Shown: positions 7,332-14,582, counted from the first letter of the stretch. The stretch is 16,938 bases of DNA from a virus (IMGVR_UViG_3300032334_002267:137310-154247); one strand, 5' to 3'. Translations and numbers: made by a program. Notes: generated from the sequence alone by a model not told the origin.

Positions 7332-8342
7332 ATGGCATTTAAAGAACCAACCGGGCAAAGAAAACCCATGACAGAGGAGGCTAAAGCCCGCATAGCAGAG
7401 GCTATGCGCCAAGCAGCAATACGTAAGCGTATTGAGCAAGGCTTACCACCAACCCCAGTTACACCAACCCCATCAGCACCAACCTTCGTGGAGAAACCAC
7501 TAGAGCTTGTTAAGATGAAGGACCAGGAGTTTCCTGACGATCTATTTGTACCCATGAAGACCGGCAAACCGGTAGACCTACTCTTCACTACTGACGGAGG
7601 TATACCTAAGGCTTGCAACTTCATGCTTATCGGAGATCCGGGGGTAGGTAAATCAACGGTTTCGTTGGACATCCTTTCCGACTTGGCTATCGCAGGTCAT
7701 AAAGTACTTTTCATTTCCGCTGAAATGACTCGCATCGATCTTCATGGATATGTTAAACGCTATCCAAAGTTTGGAGAGGTTGATATTCTATTTACCGGAG
7801 AGTATTGCGACAGCAATCCAAAGAACGTAATAGAGAAGGCACTTCAGCCAGGATACGATGTGGTTCTGATTGACTCTTTTGCAGAGGTTCAAGAGGACAT
7901 AAAAGAGACCCTAAAGTTCTCGACCACCGGTTCCGAAAAATGGCTGATCGATCTGATGGTTTCTCACAACCTTGGAAACAACGACACTAAAACCAATACC
8001 ACCTTCATTGCTATCCAACAGGTTACTAAGGGTGGTGTCTTCGTCGGTTCCAATAAACTCAAGCACAACACAACGGGTATGATGGAGCTTAGATTTGATC
8101 AAGAGTCTTCAACTCAGTATATCACGTTCACTAAAAACCGTAGAGGTACAGCGGGTAAGCGTATGTTCTATTCTCTATCTGAAACAGGAGATGTTAAATA
8201 TGACTCTGTTAGGTTTAGCAACGATGAGAATGCAAGAGAAGCTTTAGCCCACGAACGATCACTGATTGAGAGCGAGGGAGAAGTCTTTGATGATCTGATA
8301 TTCGGAGGACAACCCCAACTTCAACCTGATTTTATGAGTTAG
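7332..8342 (+). CDS. RecA-superfamily P-loop ATPase, RadA/Sms-like core (no Zn finger, no Lon-like domain), 336 aa
   Basis: Walker A GDPGVGKST, LFISAEM, Walker B VVLIDS, GSNKLKH and KNRRG (compare KNRFG in RadA/Sms). The N-terminus has a basic helix and a Pro/Thr linker. Confidence 0.85.
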   Translation: MAFKEPTGQRKPMTEEAKARIAEAMRQAAIRKRIEQGLPPTPVTPTPSAPTFVEKPLELVKMKDQEFPDDLFVPMKTGKPVDLLFTTDGGIPKACNFMLIGDPGVGKSTVSLDILSDLAIAGHKVLFISAEMTRIDLHGYVKRYPKFGEVDILFTGEYCDSNPKNVIEKALQPGYDVVLIDSFAEVQEDIKETLKFSTTGSEKWLIDLMVSHNLGNNDTKTNTTFIAIQQVTKGGVFVGSNKLKHNTTGMMELRFDQESSTQYITFTKNRRGTAGKRMFYSLSETGDVKYDSVRFSNDENAREALAHERSLIESEGEVFDDLIFGGQPQLQPDFMS

Positions 8343-8350
8343 TCTAAAAA

Positions 8351-8384
8351 AAGTCCGCTTAATATTTTTTTATTAAGCGGACTT
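8351..8384. repeat. perfect 14-bp inverted repeat enclosing the -33 T-tract of P8
   Basis: AAGTCCGCTTAATA-TTTTTT-TATTAAGCGGACTT. Confidence 0.95.
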
Positions 8385-8396
8385 GTATTATATTTG
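8365..8396 (+). promoter_or_regulatory. Bacteroidota promoter P8
   Basis: TTTTTTTAT-N15-TATATTTG. Confidence 0.85.
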
Positions 8397-8421
8397 CATA
8401 ACAAACAAAAATTTAAGTCAT

Positions 8422-9516
8422 ATGTCAAAGTATCAAACAATTTCACAAACAGTATTCGATCAAAGAGCTAAAGAAGCCGTAGATCGCACACCAATCCGTA
8501 AAGCATTTCCGCTTAAGAACATTGAGGTGGTTAACAACTCTACACTTAGCCTTGATGGCAAACAGGTCAGCATGACAGCCGACGCATTCAAAGGCATCTG
8601 TAAGATAGTAGGTCTTCCGGTTGGTTTTGATAAAACGTTTAGCTCAGCCTTCGGAGAAAAGGCTAGACAACAATTAGTTAACAGGTTAAAGACTGCAGCT
8701 CAGGCTAAGGGTAACACTGAGGTTTCATTGGTACTCAATCCTTCAAACCGTTCCATCGTTGGAGTTCAAAAAGATCCAAGAGACTTGGTTTCAAACCAAA
8801 CATTCTTAGACACCTCTACATCTATTATAAATAAGTATGGTCTGGAGGTTAACGACTTCTCCATCGGTTTCGACGGAGGAGTAACGATCAACACTTCTTC
8901 TCCTAAAAACGTTTGGAGTTTAGAAGGTCTAAAAGATGAAGAGTTCTTTGGAGGAGTAACCTTTTCAAACTCACCAAACGCAGGCTTTGAAGTTAGTCCT
9001 TATCTATATCGATTGGTCTGCGCAAACGGTATGATCGGTAACGCATTCGAAGAAACATTACGTCTTGGTCAAATGGACGGGTTTACAATGGAGAAGTTTT
9101 GGACTAATCTAAATAGCTTAGCAGAGACAGGCTTCCGTCCGGCTAAATTCGAAGCTTCAGTTCGTAATGCTATGAACACTAGAGCATCTCTATCAGAACT
9201 TGAAATTGCCCACGATTACCTTAAGTCATATTCTGACGCAGAACATAAGGAGTTGGAAGCTTGGGTGCCTCTTCATAACACCCGTGCTCGTTTCCACACT
9301 GCTGGCATCGACACGATTACAATGTCACCAGCCCAGAAGAAGGGAGCTAAGACCGGAACAAATGTTTGGGACTTGGTTAATGGTATGACTCACTTTGCAT
9401 CTCACGACAATGGCTTTAAAATCGAAGATAAAAATCGTCGTCTTCTGCAAGTTAAAGCAGCCGATATACTGACTAAGAAGTATGACATGGCTAACATTAT
9501 TCCGAGTCCGTTTTAA
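8422..9516 (+). CDS. DUF932-like (phage/plasmid-type) protein, 364 aa (start moved from 8383 to ATG 8422)
   Basis: YRLVCANGM and VWDLVNGMTHFASH resemble the RLVCxNG and xWxxxNxxT motifs of DUF932. The track start at 8383 lies inside promoter P8. Confidence 0.65.
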   Translation: MSKYQTISQTVFDQRAKEAVDRTPIRKAFPLKNIEVVNNSTLSLDGKQVSMTADAFKGICKIVGLPVGFDKTFSSAFGEKARQQLVNRLKTAAQAKGNTEVSLVLNPSNRSIVGVQKDPRDLVSNQTFLDTSTSIINKYGLEVNDFSIGFDGGVTINTSSPKNVWSLEGLKDEEFFGGVTFSNSPNAGFEVSPYLYRLVCANGMIGNAFEETLRLGQMDGFTMEKFWTNLNSLAETGFRPAKFEASVRNAMNTRASLSELEIAHDYLKSYSDAEHKELEAWVPLHNTRARFHTAGIDTITMSPAQKKGAKTGTNVWDLVNGMTHFASHDNGFKIEDKNRRLLQVKAADILTKKYDMANIIPSPF

Positions 9517-9538
9517 TCTTAAATAATCGCTAATATCG

Positions 9539-9568
9539 AAGGTCCCTTAATTGGGACCTTTTTTGTGG
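9539..9568 (+). terminator. intrinsic terminator with TTTTGTGG tail
   Basis: AAGGTCCC-TTAATT-GGGACCTT-TTTT-GTGG. Confidence 0.85.
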
Positions 9569-9579
9569 CCCCCGTAAAG

Positions 9580-9613
9580 ATAGTATAGTACTAAGATACC
9601 ACGCTCGCGAGAG
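9580..9613 (+). repeat. 34-nt conserved motif B, copy 1 of 3
   Basis: ATAGTATAGTACTAAGATACCACGCTCGCGAGAG. 28 of 34 positions are invariant across the copies at 9580, 12575 and 16378. Confidence 0.9.
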
Positions 9614-9620
9614 TGCGCGT

Positions 9621-9780
9621 AAACCGTTGGATGACCCTCGCATGTAAGAGAATCAACAAGAATAATAATAGCTAAGCTGTAGTTCAGATAAGCTGAAACC
9701 GTTGGATGGCCCTCGCATGTAAGAGAATCAACAAGAATAATAATAGCTAAGCTGTAGTTCAGATAAGCGGAAACCGTTGG
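9621..9780 (+). repeat. 75-nt tandem duplication (2 units plus 10 nt), each unit starting with a half-site of the 21-bp palindrome
   Basis: Units start at 9621, 9696 and 9771, each with AAACCGTTGG. Units 1 and 2 differ at 2 positions. Confidence 0.95.
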
Positions 9781-9872
9781 TTGAACATCATCAATCAAAG
9801 GTGTAAAGATGACATTTACAGGCTTTGGAGGAATGGTAACTTTAGATTAATTAAGTACATCCGCAATAATAG

Positions 9873-9900
9873 AAGAGTCCGTGAAAACGGACTTTTTTGT
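9873..9900 (+). terminator. intrinsic terminator with GAAA tetraloop
   Basis: AGTCCGT-GAAA-ACGGACT followed by TTTTTGT. No obvious gene lies upstream of it. Confidence 0.75.
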
Positions 9901-9918
9901 TTCCGATCGGAATCGGAC

Positions 9919-9939
9919 GGAACTGTTGTCAACGGTTCC
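9919..9939. promoter_or_regulatory. 21-bp palindrome (motif A), copy 1
   Basis: GGAACTGTTG-T-CAACGGTTCC. Confidence 0.8.
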
Positions 9940-10013
9940 GCGCTGGGAAGATGTTGGGTTTTCGGTTTGACATCTTTGGATTTATAAGGCTATAGAAATT
10001 AATCAGTTAGATA

Positions 10014-10045
10014 TTTTTTTATACTGATTCTTTTGATTACTTTTG
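10014..10045 (+). promoter_or_regulatory. Bacteroidota promoter P9
   Basis: TTTTTTTAT-N15-TACTTTTG. Confidence 0.85.
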
Positions 10046-10067
10046 CATCCAATAAAACAAACCACAT

Positions 10068-10223
10068 ATGTACGGATTAAATTGCTCTTATTACACCAAA
10101 ACATTTCCCACTATTAACCAGCTTATTGATGATGTCATAGATTCAGGCATGGATCCAAACTATGAGATCACTTATAACGGTAAAGTAACCGGAGAACTAA
10201 TTATTGACCTTATAACTTTTTAA
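10068..10223 (+). CDS. small hypothetical protein, 51 aa
   Basis: MYGLNCSYYTKTFPTINQLIDDVIDSGMDPNYEITYNGKVTGELIIDLITF*. Follows P9 and ends 2 nt before the next ATG. Not in the track. Confidence 0.85.
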   Translation: MYGLNCSYYTKTFPTINQLIDDVIDSGMDPNYEITYNGKVTGELIIDLITF

Positions 10224-10225
10224 TC

Positions 10226-10414
10226 ATGACCCCAGAAAAAATAAAAGAAGCAGCATCTAAACTCACGGTATCTAAATTCATACTTTGGTCTGAGGATATG
10301 AAACTAAACCCTGTTATAACCAACCGTGATGAAGTATTCAATGTTAACCTTGATGAAGTCCACTTAGATGTGGGAGGAATATCACTAATATTCATTAACG
10401 GAAAAATTTCCTAA
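10226..10414 (+). CDS. hypothetical protein, 62 aa
   Basis: ATG 2 nt after the upstream stop. Confidence 0.75.
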   Translation: MTPEKIKEAASKLTVSKFILWSEDMKLNPVITNRDEVFNVNLDEVHLDVGGISLIFINGKIS

Positions 10415-10418
10415 TAAA

Positions 10419-10450
10419 TTTTTACATCTGGAAATAAATTCTTAATTTTG
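10419..10450 (+). promoter_or_regulatory. Bacteroidota promoter P10
   Basis: TTTTTACAT-N15-TAATTTTG. Confidence 0.75.
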
Positions 10451-10480
10451 CACTATTATTAATCAAAAAAAAACACAACT

Positions 10481-10861
10481 ATGGGCTTAGACATGTATGC
10501 AAACCACACCAAATTTAAACCTGAATCACAAGTTGATTTTCAAGTTCCCGAAGAATTAGAGAATGAAGAATTCCAGTACTGGCGTAAGCATCCAAACCTT
10601 CATGGATGGATGGAAGATCTTTATCGTAAAAAAGGCGGTTCTGATGAATTCTTCAACTGTGTAAACGTTCAGTTAACAGAAGAGGATTTAAACAATCTGG
10701 AAAAAACCATTAAAGATAATGAGCTACCCGGAACTATGGGTTTCTTTTTCGGGGAATCCTCAGGGGATGAGGAAGAGGTAAATGAAGATCTTGCTTTCAT
10801 TGAAAATGCCAAAAGACTTATCCAAGAAGGCAATACGGTTTATTACAGTTCTTGGTGGTAA
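10481..10861 (+). CDS. hypothetical phage protein, 126 aa (MGLDMY...YWRKHPNLHGWM...FFFG...YxSWW family)
   Basis: Characteristic motifs of a recurrent phage family of unknown function. Monocistronic unit. Confidence 0.9.
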   Translation: MGLDMYANHTKFKPESQVDFQVPEELENEEFQYWRKHPNLHGWMEDLYRKKGGSDEFFNCVNVQLTEEDLNNLEKTIKDNELPGTMGFFFGESSGDEEEVNEDLAFIENAKRLIQEGNTVYYSSWW

Positions 10862-10883
10862 AAAGCTAACCATTAAAAACATC

Positions 10884-10922
10884 AAAGAAGACTTTTCGGG
10901 GTCTTCTTTTTTTTTGTGGGGT
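10884..10922 (+). terminator. intrinsic terminator with TTTTGTGGGGT tail
   Basis: AAAGAAGACTT-TTCG-GGGTCTTCTTT, T9, then GTGGGGT. Confidence 0.85.
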
Positions 10923-10960
10923 CTTTCTTCAACTCCGTCCTGATATCAGAGCCATCTTAG

Positions 10961-10981
10961 GGAACCGCTGCCAACGGTTTC
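10961..10981. promoter_or_regulatory. 21-bp palindrome (motif A), copy 2
   Basis: GGAACCGCTG-C-CAACGGTTTC. Confidence 0.8.
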
Positions 10982-11040
10982 GCGGATGATGCAGCTGATC
11001 TGCAGCTGAAATTTTTCCCTGATTATAAGATATAGTAATC

Positions 11041-11373
11041 ATGGAAGAGAGAAGAAGAATACTTGATATTTCAAAAGAGGTAGAATATCCAAAAGAATTC
11101 TACAGCTTCGCCAACGGTGTCGACATCTCGAATCCAGAAATCAATAGATGGATCAGAGAATGTTTTGAGACCCTCCGACTTCAGATTCTTGAAGACCCTA
11201 CAAAATCACATCATAGTTATATGGGTTCTGGTAACGCTATAATTATCATATGGGCATATCCTCAATCTGATGGTACGTTTGAAGTTGAGTTCACTGTTTC
11301 TAAAAACTATTCAACATACAGCATCTTCGGTTTCGACCCTCTTGTTGACGAAGGGTTCGAAGAAATTAAATAA
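11041..11373 (+). CDS. hypothetical protein, 110 aa
   Basis: ATG start. No TAnnTTTG promoter upstream. Confidence 0.8.
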   Translation: MEERRRILDISKEVEYPKEFYSFANGVDISNPEINRWIRECFETLRLQILEDPTKSHHSYMGSGNAIIIIWAYPQSDGTFEVEFTVSKNYSTYSIFGFDPLVDEGFEEIK

Positions 11374-11390
11374 AAAAAGTTCCCAAAATA

Positions 11391-11422
11391 TTTTTTTATC
11401 TTGTATAGATTTATTATCTTTG
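11391..11422 (+). promoter_or_regulatory. Bacteroidota promoter P11
   Basis: TTTTTTTAT-N15-TATCTTTG. Confidence 0.85.
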
Positions 11423-11451
11423 GGATGTCGAAGCTTTTAAAAACAAATAAG

Positions 11452-11592
11452 ATGAATCAAATAATATTAATTATAATTTTTTTTATTACAATAGCGTATC
11501 TAATTTATTTAGGAAATAAAAAAAATCCAATGTCAATATCAGCAGCAGAGGATATAAAGAAAATGAATGAAGATTTAAAAAACTTTGAATAA
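11452..11592 (+). CDS. small membrane peptide, 46 aa (start moved from 11401 to ATG 11452)
   Basis: MNQIILIIIFFITIAYLIYLG forms a single hydrophobic helix. The track start lies inside P11. Confidence 0.7.
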   Translation: MNQIILIIIFFITIAYLIYLGNKKNPMSISAAEDIKKMNEDLKNFE

Positions 11593-11622
11593 ACCTTAAT
11601 TTATAATCTAAACACACAAACT

Positions 11623-12096
11623 ATGGGCTGGTGGTCAACAGATATTTTAGGAGGAGATACTCCCCTAGATTTCAAATCAGAATTTTACAGTAAATTAAAA
11701 CTTGATCAATTCAAGGACAAAGGTGACAAGGTTAAAACCGCCTTTGAGAAATACCAAAAGAAGTTCGTGAGTGATGGGGAGATGGATAACATCCTAAACA
11801 AATGGGGGTGCGGAGAACCTGATGAATCATTCTATCGAGATCATAAGAGTATAGGATACCAGGTCCTAGCTGTTATCCTAATGGAGAATGGATGTCAGAT
11901 ATCTTACGATTTGAAGGACATTATGCTAAATTGGATTCCCACGGACAATTGGGCTTCAGAAGATGACGAGAGAAAGACAACCATTCAAAATCTCGTAAAG
12001 ACTTTAACCGCCTATGACGGCAGTGTTCCGTTTAAAATTAAATCAAAAGGACTTTTCGAAGTTTGGGCAGAAAAAATACAAAACAAGAATATATGA
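11623..12096 (+). CDS. hypothetical protein, 157 aa (MGWWS..ILGGDTPLD N-terminus)
   Basis: ATG with an AAACACACAAACT leader. The N-terminus loosely recalls DUF4259-type MGAWG...D-A-D; weak. Confidence 0.85.
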   Translation: MGWWSTDILGGDTPLDFKSEFYSKLKLDQFKDKGDKVKTAFEKYQKKFVSDGEMDNILNKWGCGEPDESFYRDHKSIGYQVLAVILMENGCQISYDLKDIMLNWIPTDNWASEDDERKTTIQNLVKTLTAYDGSVPFKIKSKGLFEVWAEKIQNKNI

Positions 12097-12395
12097 AATT
12101 AAAAACAGCTTACTCCGAATACGACGTTATCCTTTCCTGGGGAAAGTATGGTAACGGACGCAAAGCATTAGAAATTATTGACTCTGAAGATGGATTCCCT
12201 GTTATGGTTGCCACAGTCAACATTCCCGAGGTTCCGTTGACCGAGAACGAAGTTATCATCAAGAACTATTCAGAGAACGAGGGAGTGCTGGAATTCCTAC
12301 AGGAGAATGGAATTGTAGGACCGGTTAAGAGAGAGGTGGGAACAGGATTCGTTTCTTTTCCTGTTGTTGACGTTTACACGTCAAGCGATGTTTAA
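12093..12395 (+). CDS. DUF4313-like protein, 100 aa (start moved from 12063 to ATG 12093)
   Basis: ATGA overlap with the upstream stop. Pattern Y-NG--AL-I ... ATVNI ... IKNYSEN ... L-ENGI ... GF--FP recalls DUF4313. Confidence 0.6.
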   Translation: MKLKTAYSEYDVILSWGKYGNGRKALEIIDSEDGFPVMVATVNIPEVPLTENEVIIKNYSENEGVLEFLQENGIVGPVKREVGTGFVSFPVVDVYTSSDV

Positions 12396-12416
12396 TGAAT
12401 AAAGATTTTAAATAGG

Positions 12417-12560
12417 ATGAAAGATTATATAGCGTATAAAATAGAAACGTACATAAAATACAATAATTATAATTTCTACAAGATTAGAAAAAAATTAAAA
12501 AGTTTAGGTTTATTTTTAGATAAGCCTGCACTTATTAAAAGGCTAAGAGGTTTAAAATAA
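12417..12560 (+). CDS. small basic hypothetical protein, 47 aa, very low GC
   Basis: MKDYIAYKIETYIKYNNYNFYKIRKKLKSLGLFLDKPALIKRLRGLK*. Fills the gap after 12395. Not in the track. Confidence 0.6.
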   Translation: MKDYIAYKIETYIKYNNYNFYKIRKKLKSLGLFLDKPALIKRLRGLK

Positions 12561-12574
12561 CTTCATCCCAAAAC

Positions 12575-12608
12575 ATAGTATGGTGGTAAGATACTACGCC
12601 CGCGAGAG
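12575..12608 (+). repeat. 34-nt conserved motif B, copy 2 of 3
   Basis: ATAGTATGGTGGTAAGATACTACGCCCGCGAGAG. The 3' part can fold as CCGC-GAGA-GCGG. Confidence 0.9.
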
Positions 12609-12658
12609 CGGACACGTTAAGATTTAAGAAAAATCATAAAGATTTAAAAAAGATTCAT

Positions 12659-12666
12659 TACCTTTG
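12659..12666 (+). promoter_or_regulatory. Bacteroidota -7 element P12 (lacks the -33 T-tract)
   Basis: TACCTTTG followed by the typical TCCCAACCAAAAAACAAACAC leader. Confidence 0.7.
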
Positions 12667-12687
12667 TCCCAACCAAAAAACAAACAC

Positions 12688-13065
12688 ATGAAAAGTATCA
12701 AAGTTAGGTTCAATCTAGGAAGGGGCAAGAATTATCTAAAGTGGAAGATCGAGTATCCAGATAAGAGAGTGGAGTACTTAGACCCAAATGCGATCCAGCT
12801 AACCATGCATGGATGCAAGCTAAAGAACAATCCCAAAACAGCAGAGAGAATATATCAGGGCCAAAGCAAAACGGTTTGCGCTTGGGTTCTCTGCAACCGA
12901 ATTGAGCTAACCCGCGGTTCCCTCCACTGCATCCAGAGTCCAGATTCCTGGGTTTACTACAATCCTAAGAATTTCCCCAACTGGGTTTACCAAGGTCATA
13001 ACGCCGACGGTTTCGAGTTCGACCGAATCCAGAGTTTAGGTTCTAAACTTTATGTTATAAGCTAA
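12688..13065 (+). CDS. hypothetical phage protein, 125 aa (KVRFNLGRGKNY-KWK family; start moved from 12664 to ATG 12688)
   Basis: The track start overlaps the -7 box. ATG 12688 has the canonical leader. Confidence 0.85.
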   Translation: MKSIKVRFNLGRGKNYLKWKIEYPDKRVEYLDPNAIQLTMHGCKLKNNPKTAERIYQGQSKTVCAWVLCNRIELTRGSLHCIQSPDSWVYYNPKNFPNWVYQGHNADGFEFDRIQSLGSKLYVIS

Positions 13066-13096
13066 TAAATCTTTAACGAAAAAAATAGGAAAAAGA

Positions 13097-13128
13097 TTTC
13101 TGTAATTGGAAAAGATGTATTATATTTG
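13097..13128 (+). promoter_or_regulatory. Bacteroidota promoter P13
   Basis: ATTT at the conserved distance, then TATATTTG (13121-13128). Confidence 0.75.
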
Positions 13129-13148
13129 CATAACAAAAAACATTCTAT

Positions 13149-13631
13149 ATGGTACACACAACCCCTAAAAAAAGATGGAGCAAATTGGAAGACAGCTACA
13201 TCATCCTTTCTCTTCAGAAAGGTTTAACAACTTCCGAAATCGCAAAAACCCTTAATCGCACATCCGGATCAGTTTCAACCCGAAAATGGGCATTGGGCTT
13301 AGAGGGTAGGTTCAAAAGTTCTGAAAGAGGAACCAAAATACAATCTACTAAAAGAATTGGTTTGGTTCAGGAGCCTAACCCGGAGTTTGTAGAAACATTC
13401 AAACTTGAAAGTGGAATTCCAATTCCTACTAGAAAAGAGAAAAACCCGGAGGCAAAAGAAAGAGCAAGATTTATCTTTAATCAAATGAAACCCGGTCAAT
13501 CATTTGTAGTTCCAAAATCTGATTTGTACTTTGTAAAAGCAGTTTACAAAGCAGAGTTTGAAGCTTACAAAATCAAAATTACACCAACCTTACCAAATGG
13601 AAAATTTTTCAGGATTTTTAGAGTAGCATAA
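13149..13631 (+). CDS. putative two-domain DNA-binding protein, 160 aa, with an N-terminal Myb/SANT- or GcrA-like HTH
   Basis: KRWSKLEDSYI ... GLTTSEIAKTLNRTSGSVSTR matches W(S/T)xxED ... xxxEIAxxLxRTxxSV. The C-terminal part has LESGIPIP ... MKPGQSFVVP. Confidence 0.7.
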   Translation: MVHTTPKKRWSKLEDSYIILSLQKGLTTSEIAKTLNRTSGSVSTRKWALGLEGRFKSSERGTKIQSTKRIGLVQEPNPEFVETFKLESGIPIPTRKEKNPEAKERARFIFNQMKPGQSFVVPKSDLYFVKAVYKAEFEAYKIKITPTLPNGKFFRIFRVA

Positions 13632-13649
13632 TAGGTGTTTGTTTTGGTT

Positions 13650-13687
13650 AAGGGACTCTTAAAAAAGAGTCCCTTTTTTTGTGGGGT
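13650..13687 (+). terminator. intrinsic terminator with TTTTGTGGGGT tail
   Basis: AAGGGACTCTT-AAAA-AAGAGTCCCTT, T-run, then GTGGGGT. Confidence 0.9.
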
Positions 13688-13723
13688 CAAATCTGGAAAA
13701 ACCCAAAACCCTGTTACAGTCTC

Positions 13724-13744
13724 GGAACTGCTGTCAACGGTTCC
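13724..13744. promoter_or_regulatory. 21-bp palindrome (motif A), copy 3
   Basis: GGAACTGCTG-T-CAACGGTTCC. Confidence 0.8.
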
Positions 13745-13757
13745 GGCACTTTTGGTG

Positions 13758-13787
13758 TTTCAGTAGTTTCCAGTAGTTTTCAGTAGT
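13758..13787 (+). repeat. 10-nt tandem repeat TT(T/C)CAGTAGT x3
   Basis: TTTCAGTAGT TTCCAGTAGT TTTCAGTAGT. Confidence 0.9.
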
Positions 13788-13808
13788 AGATAAATATTGT
13801 CTGAAATA

Positions 13809-13840
13809 TTTTTTTATTCAGAAACTATTTATTACTTTTG
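13809..13840 (+). promoter_or_regulatory. Bacteroidota promoter P14
   Basis: TTTTTTTAT-N15-TACTTTTG. Confidence 0.85.
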
Positions 13841-13861
13841 TCCCAACAAAAATAAACACAC

Positions 13862-14191
13862 ATGCAAAAGAAAATCACTTACACAGCAAAAGGTAACGTC
13901 CTTGGAAATTTTTGGGGAGGTGGAAGAGGAGCTTACCCAACCGTAGTTATCACTGGAGATTCAATTGAAGAGATTCAAGAAAAAGCAGAGAAGGCTTTAA
14001 AAGACGGAAGTCTAGATTCCGGTATGGGATACGAAAGCTTGATAGGAGCAGTTCTTGATGTTGAAGTAAAGACACAAATTACTGTTGACGATAAACCTTT
14101 CTTCAACAGGGAATGGGAACAAATCTTAGTTGGAGAACTGGATGAGATGGATTACGAGTTTTTAACAGGTTGCAATTTCGAATTAAACTAA
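13862..14191 (+). CDS. hypothetical phage protein, 109 aa (GNFWGGG / DGSLDSGMG motifs)
   Basis: Follows P14 with the canonical leader. Confidence 0.9.
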   Translation: MQKKITYTAKGNVLGNFWGGGRGAYPTVVITGDSIEEIQEKAEKALKDGSLDSGMGYESLIGAVLDVEVKTQITVDDKPFFNREWEQILVGELDEMDYEFLTGCNFELN

Positions 14192-14196
14192 ACAAT

Positions 14197-14496
14197 ATGA
14201 AAAGAGGAGACCAATATTTAGGCAGAGAGATTCTTCACACTGAGGAGTTTCCGGCCGCGGGAACATTTCAAGCATTCTATAATGCTGAGGCCCGTTTAAA
14301 AGATTTAGGATACACAACAGGTTCTATGGCTCGAACGGAGCCAATAGGATTTGCTGATGCAGACAAATACGATTATGTGGCTAAGTGGTATAAGATAAGC
14401 CCGGAGGAGAAGGCTCTTTTAGATGGAGTTATGGTAAGTAAAGATTTCAGAGAAGGTGGAGTTACAATAGTATTCTTTACACCTCCAAAATATTAA
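14197..14496 (+). CDS. hypothetical phage protein, 99 aa (GTF-A ... GSM ... PIG ... YVAKW ... LDG ... FREG; start moved from 14170 to ATG 14197)
   Basis: ATG 5 nt after the upstream stop, with an AAACAAT leader. Confidence 0.85.
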   Translation: MKRGDQYLGREILHTEEFPAAGTFQAFYNAEARLKDLGYTTGSMARTEPIGFADADKYDYVAKWYKISPEEKALLDGVMVSKDFREGGVTIVFFTPPKY

Positions 14497-14514
14497 ATTT
14501 GGGTTTTGGGTTGG

Positions 14515-14545
14515 AAGCAGACTTCGGTCTGCTTTTTTTGTGGGT
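14515..14545 (+). terminator. intrinsic terminator with UUCG loop and TTTTGTGGGT tail
   Basis: AAGCAGAC-TTCG-GTCTGCTT, T-run, then GTGGGT. Confidence 0.9.
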
Positions 14546-14582
14546 AAAACCAAAGCTTATTGCAGCTATGCTAGCAGGAGGA

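Noticed and set aside
7332-8342. Assigning the gene symbol radA, recA or kaiC
   Set aside because: The RadA zinc finger and Lon-like domain are absent, and RecA- or KaiC-specific signatures were not recognised. Only the superfamily is supportable.
9580-9613. Motif B as a rolling-circle nick site
   Set aside because: The reverse strand GTATCTTAGTA only loosely resembles pC194-type TTATCTTGATA, and no HUH/Rep gene is visible.
9621-9780. CRISPR array
   Set aside because: The 75-nt units are near-identical end to end with no unique spacers, and there are no cas genes.
9547-9798. 83-aa minus-strand ORF with an internal repeat
   Set aside because: A by-product of the 75-nt (in-frame) duplication. 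It crosses a terminator and motif B, with no promoter or leader.
9781-9987. 68-aa + strand ORF
   Set aside because: TTG start, runs through a terminator and motif A, no host-type promoter.
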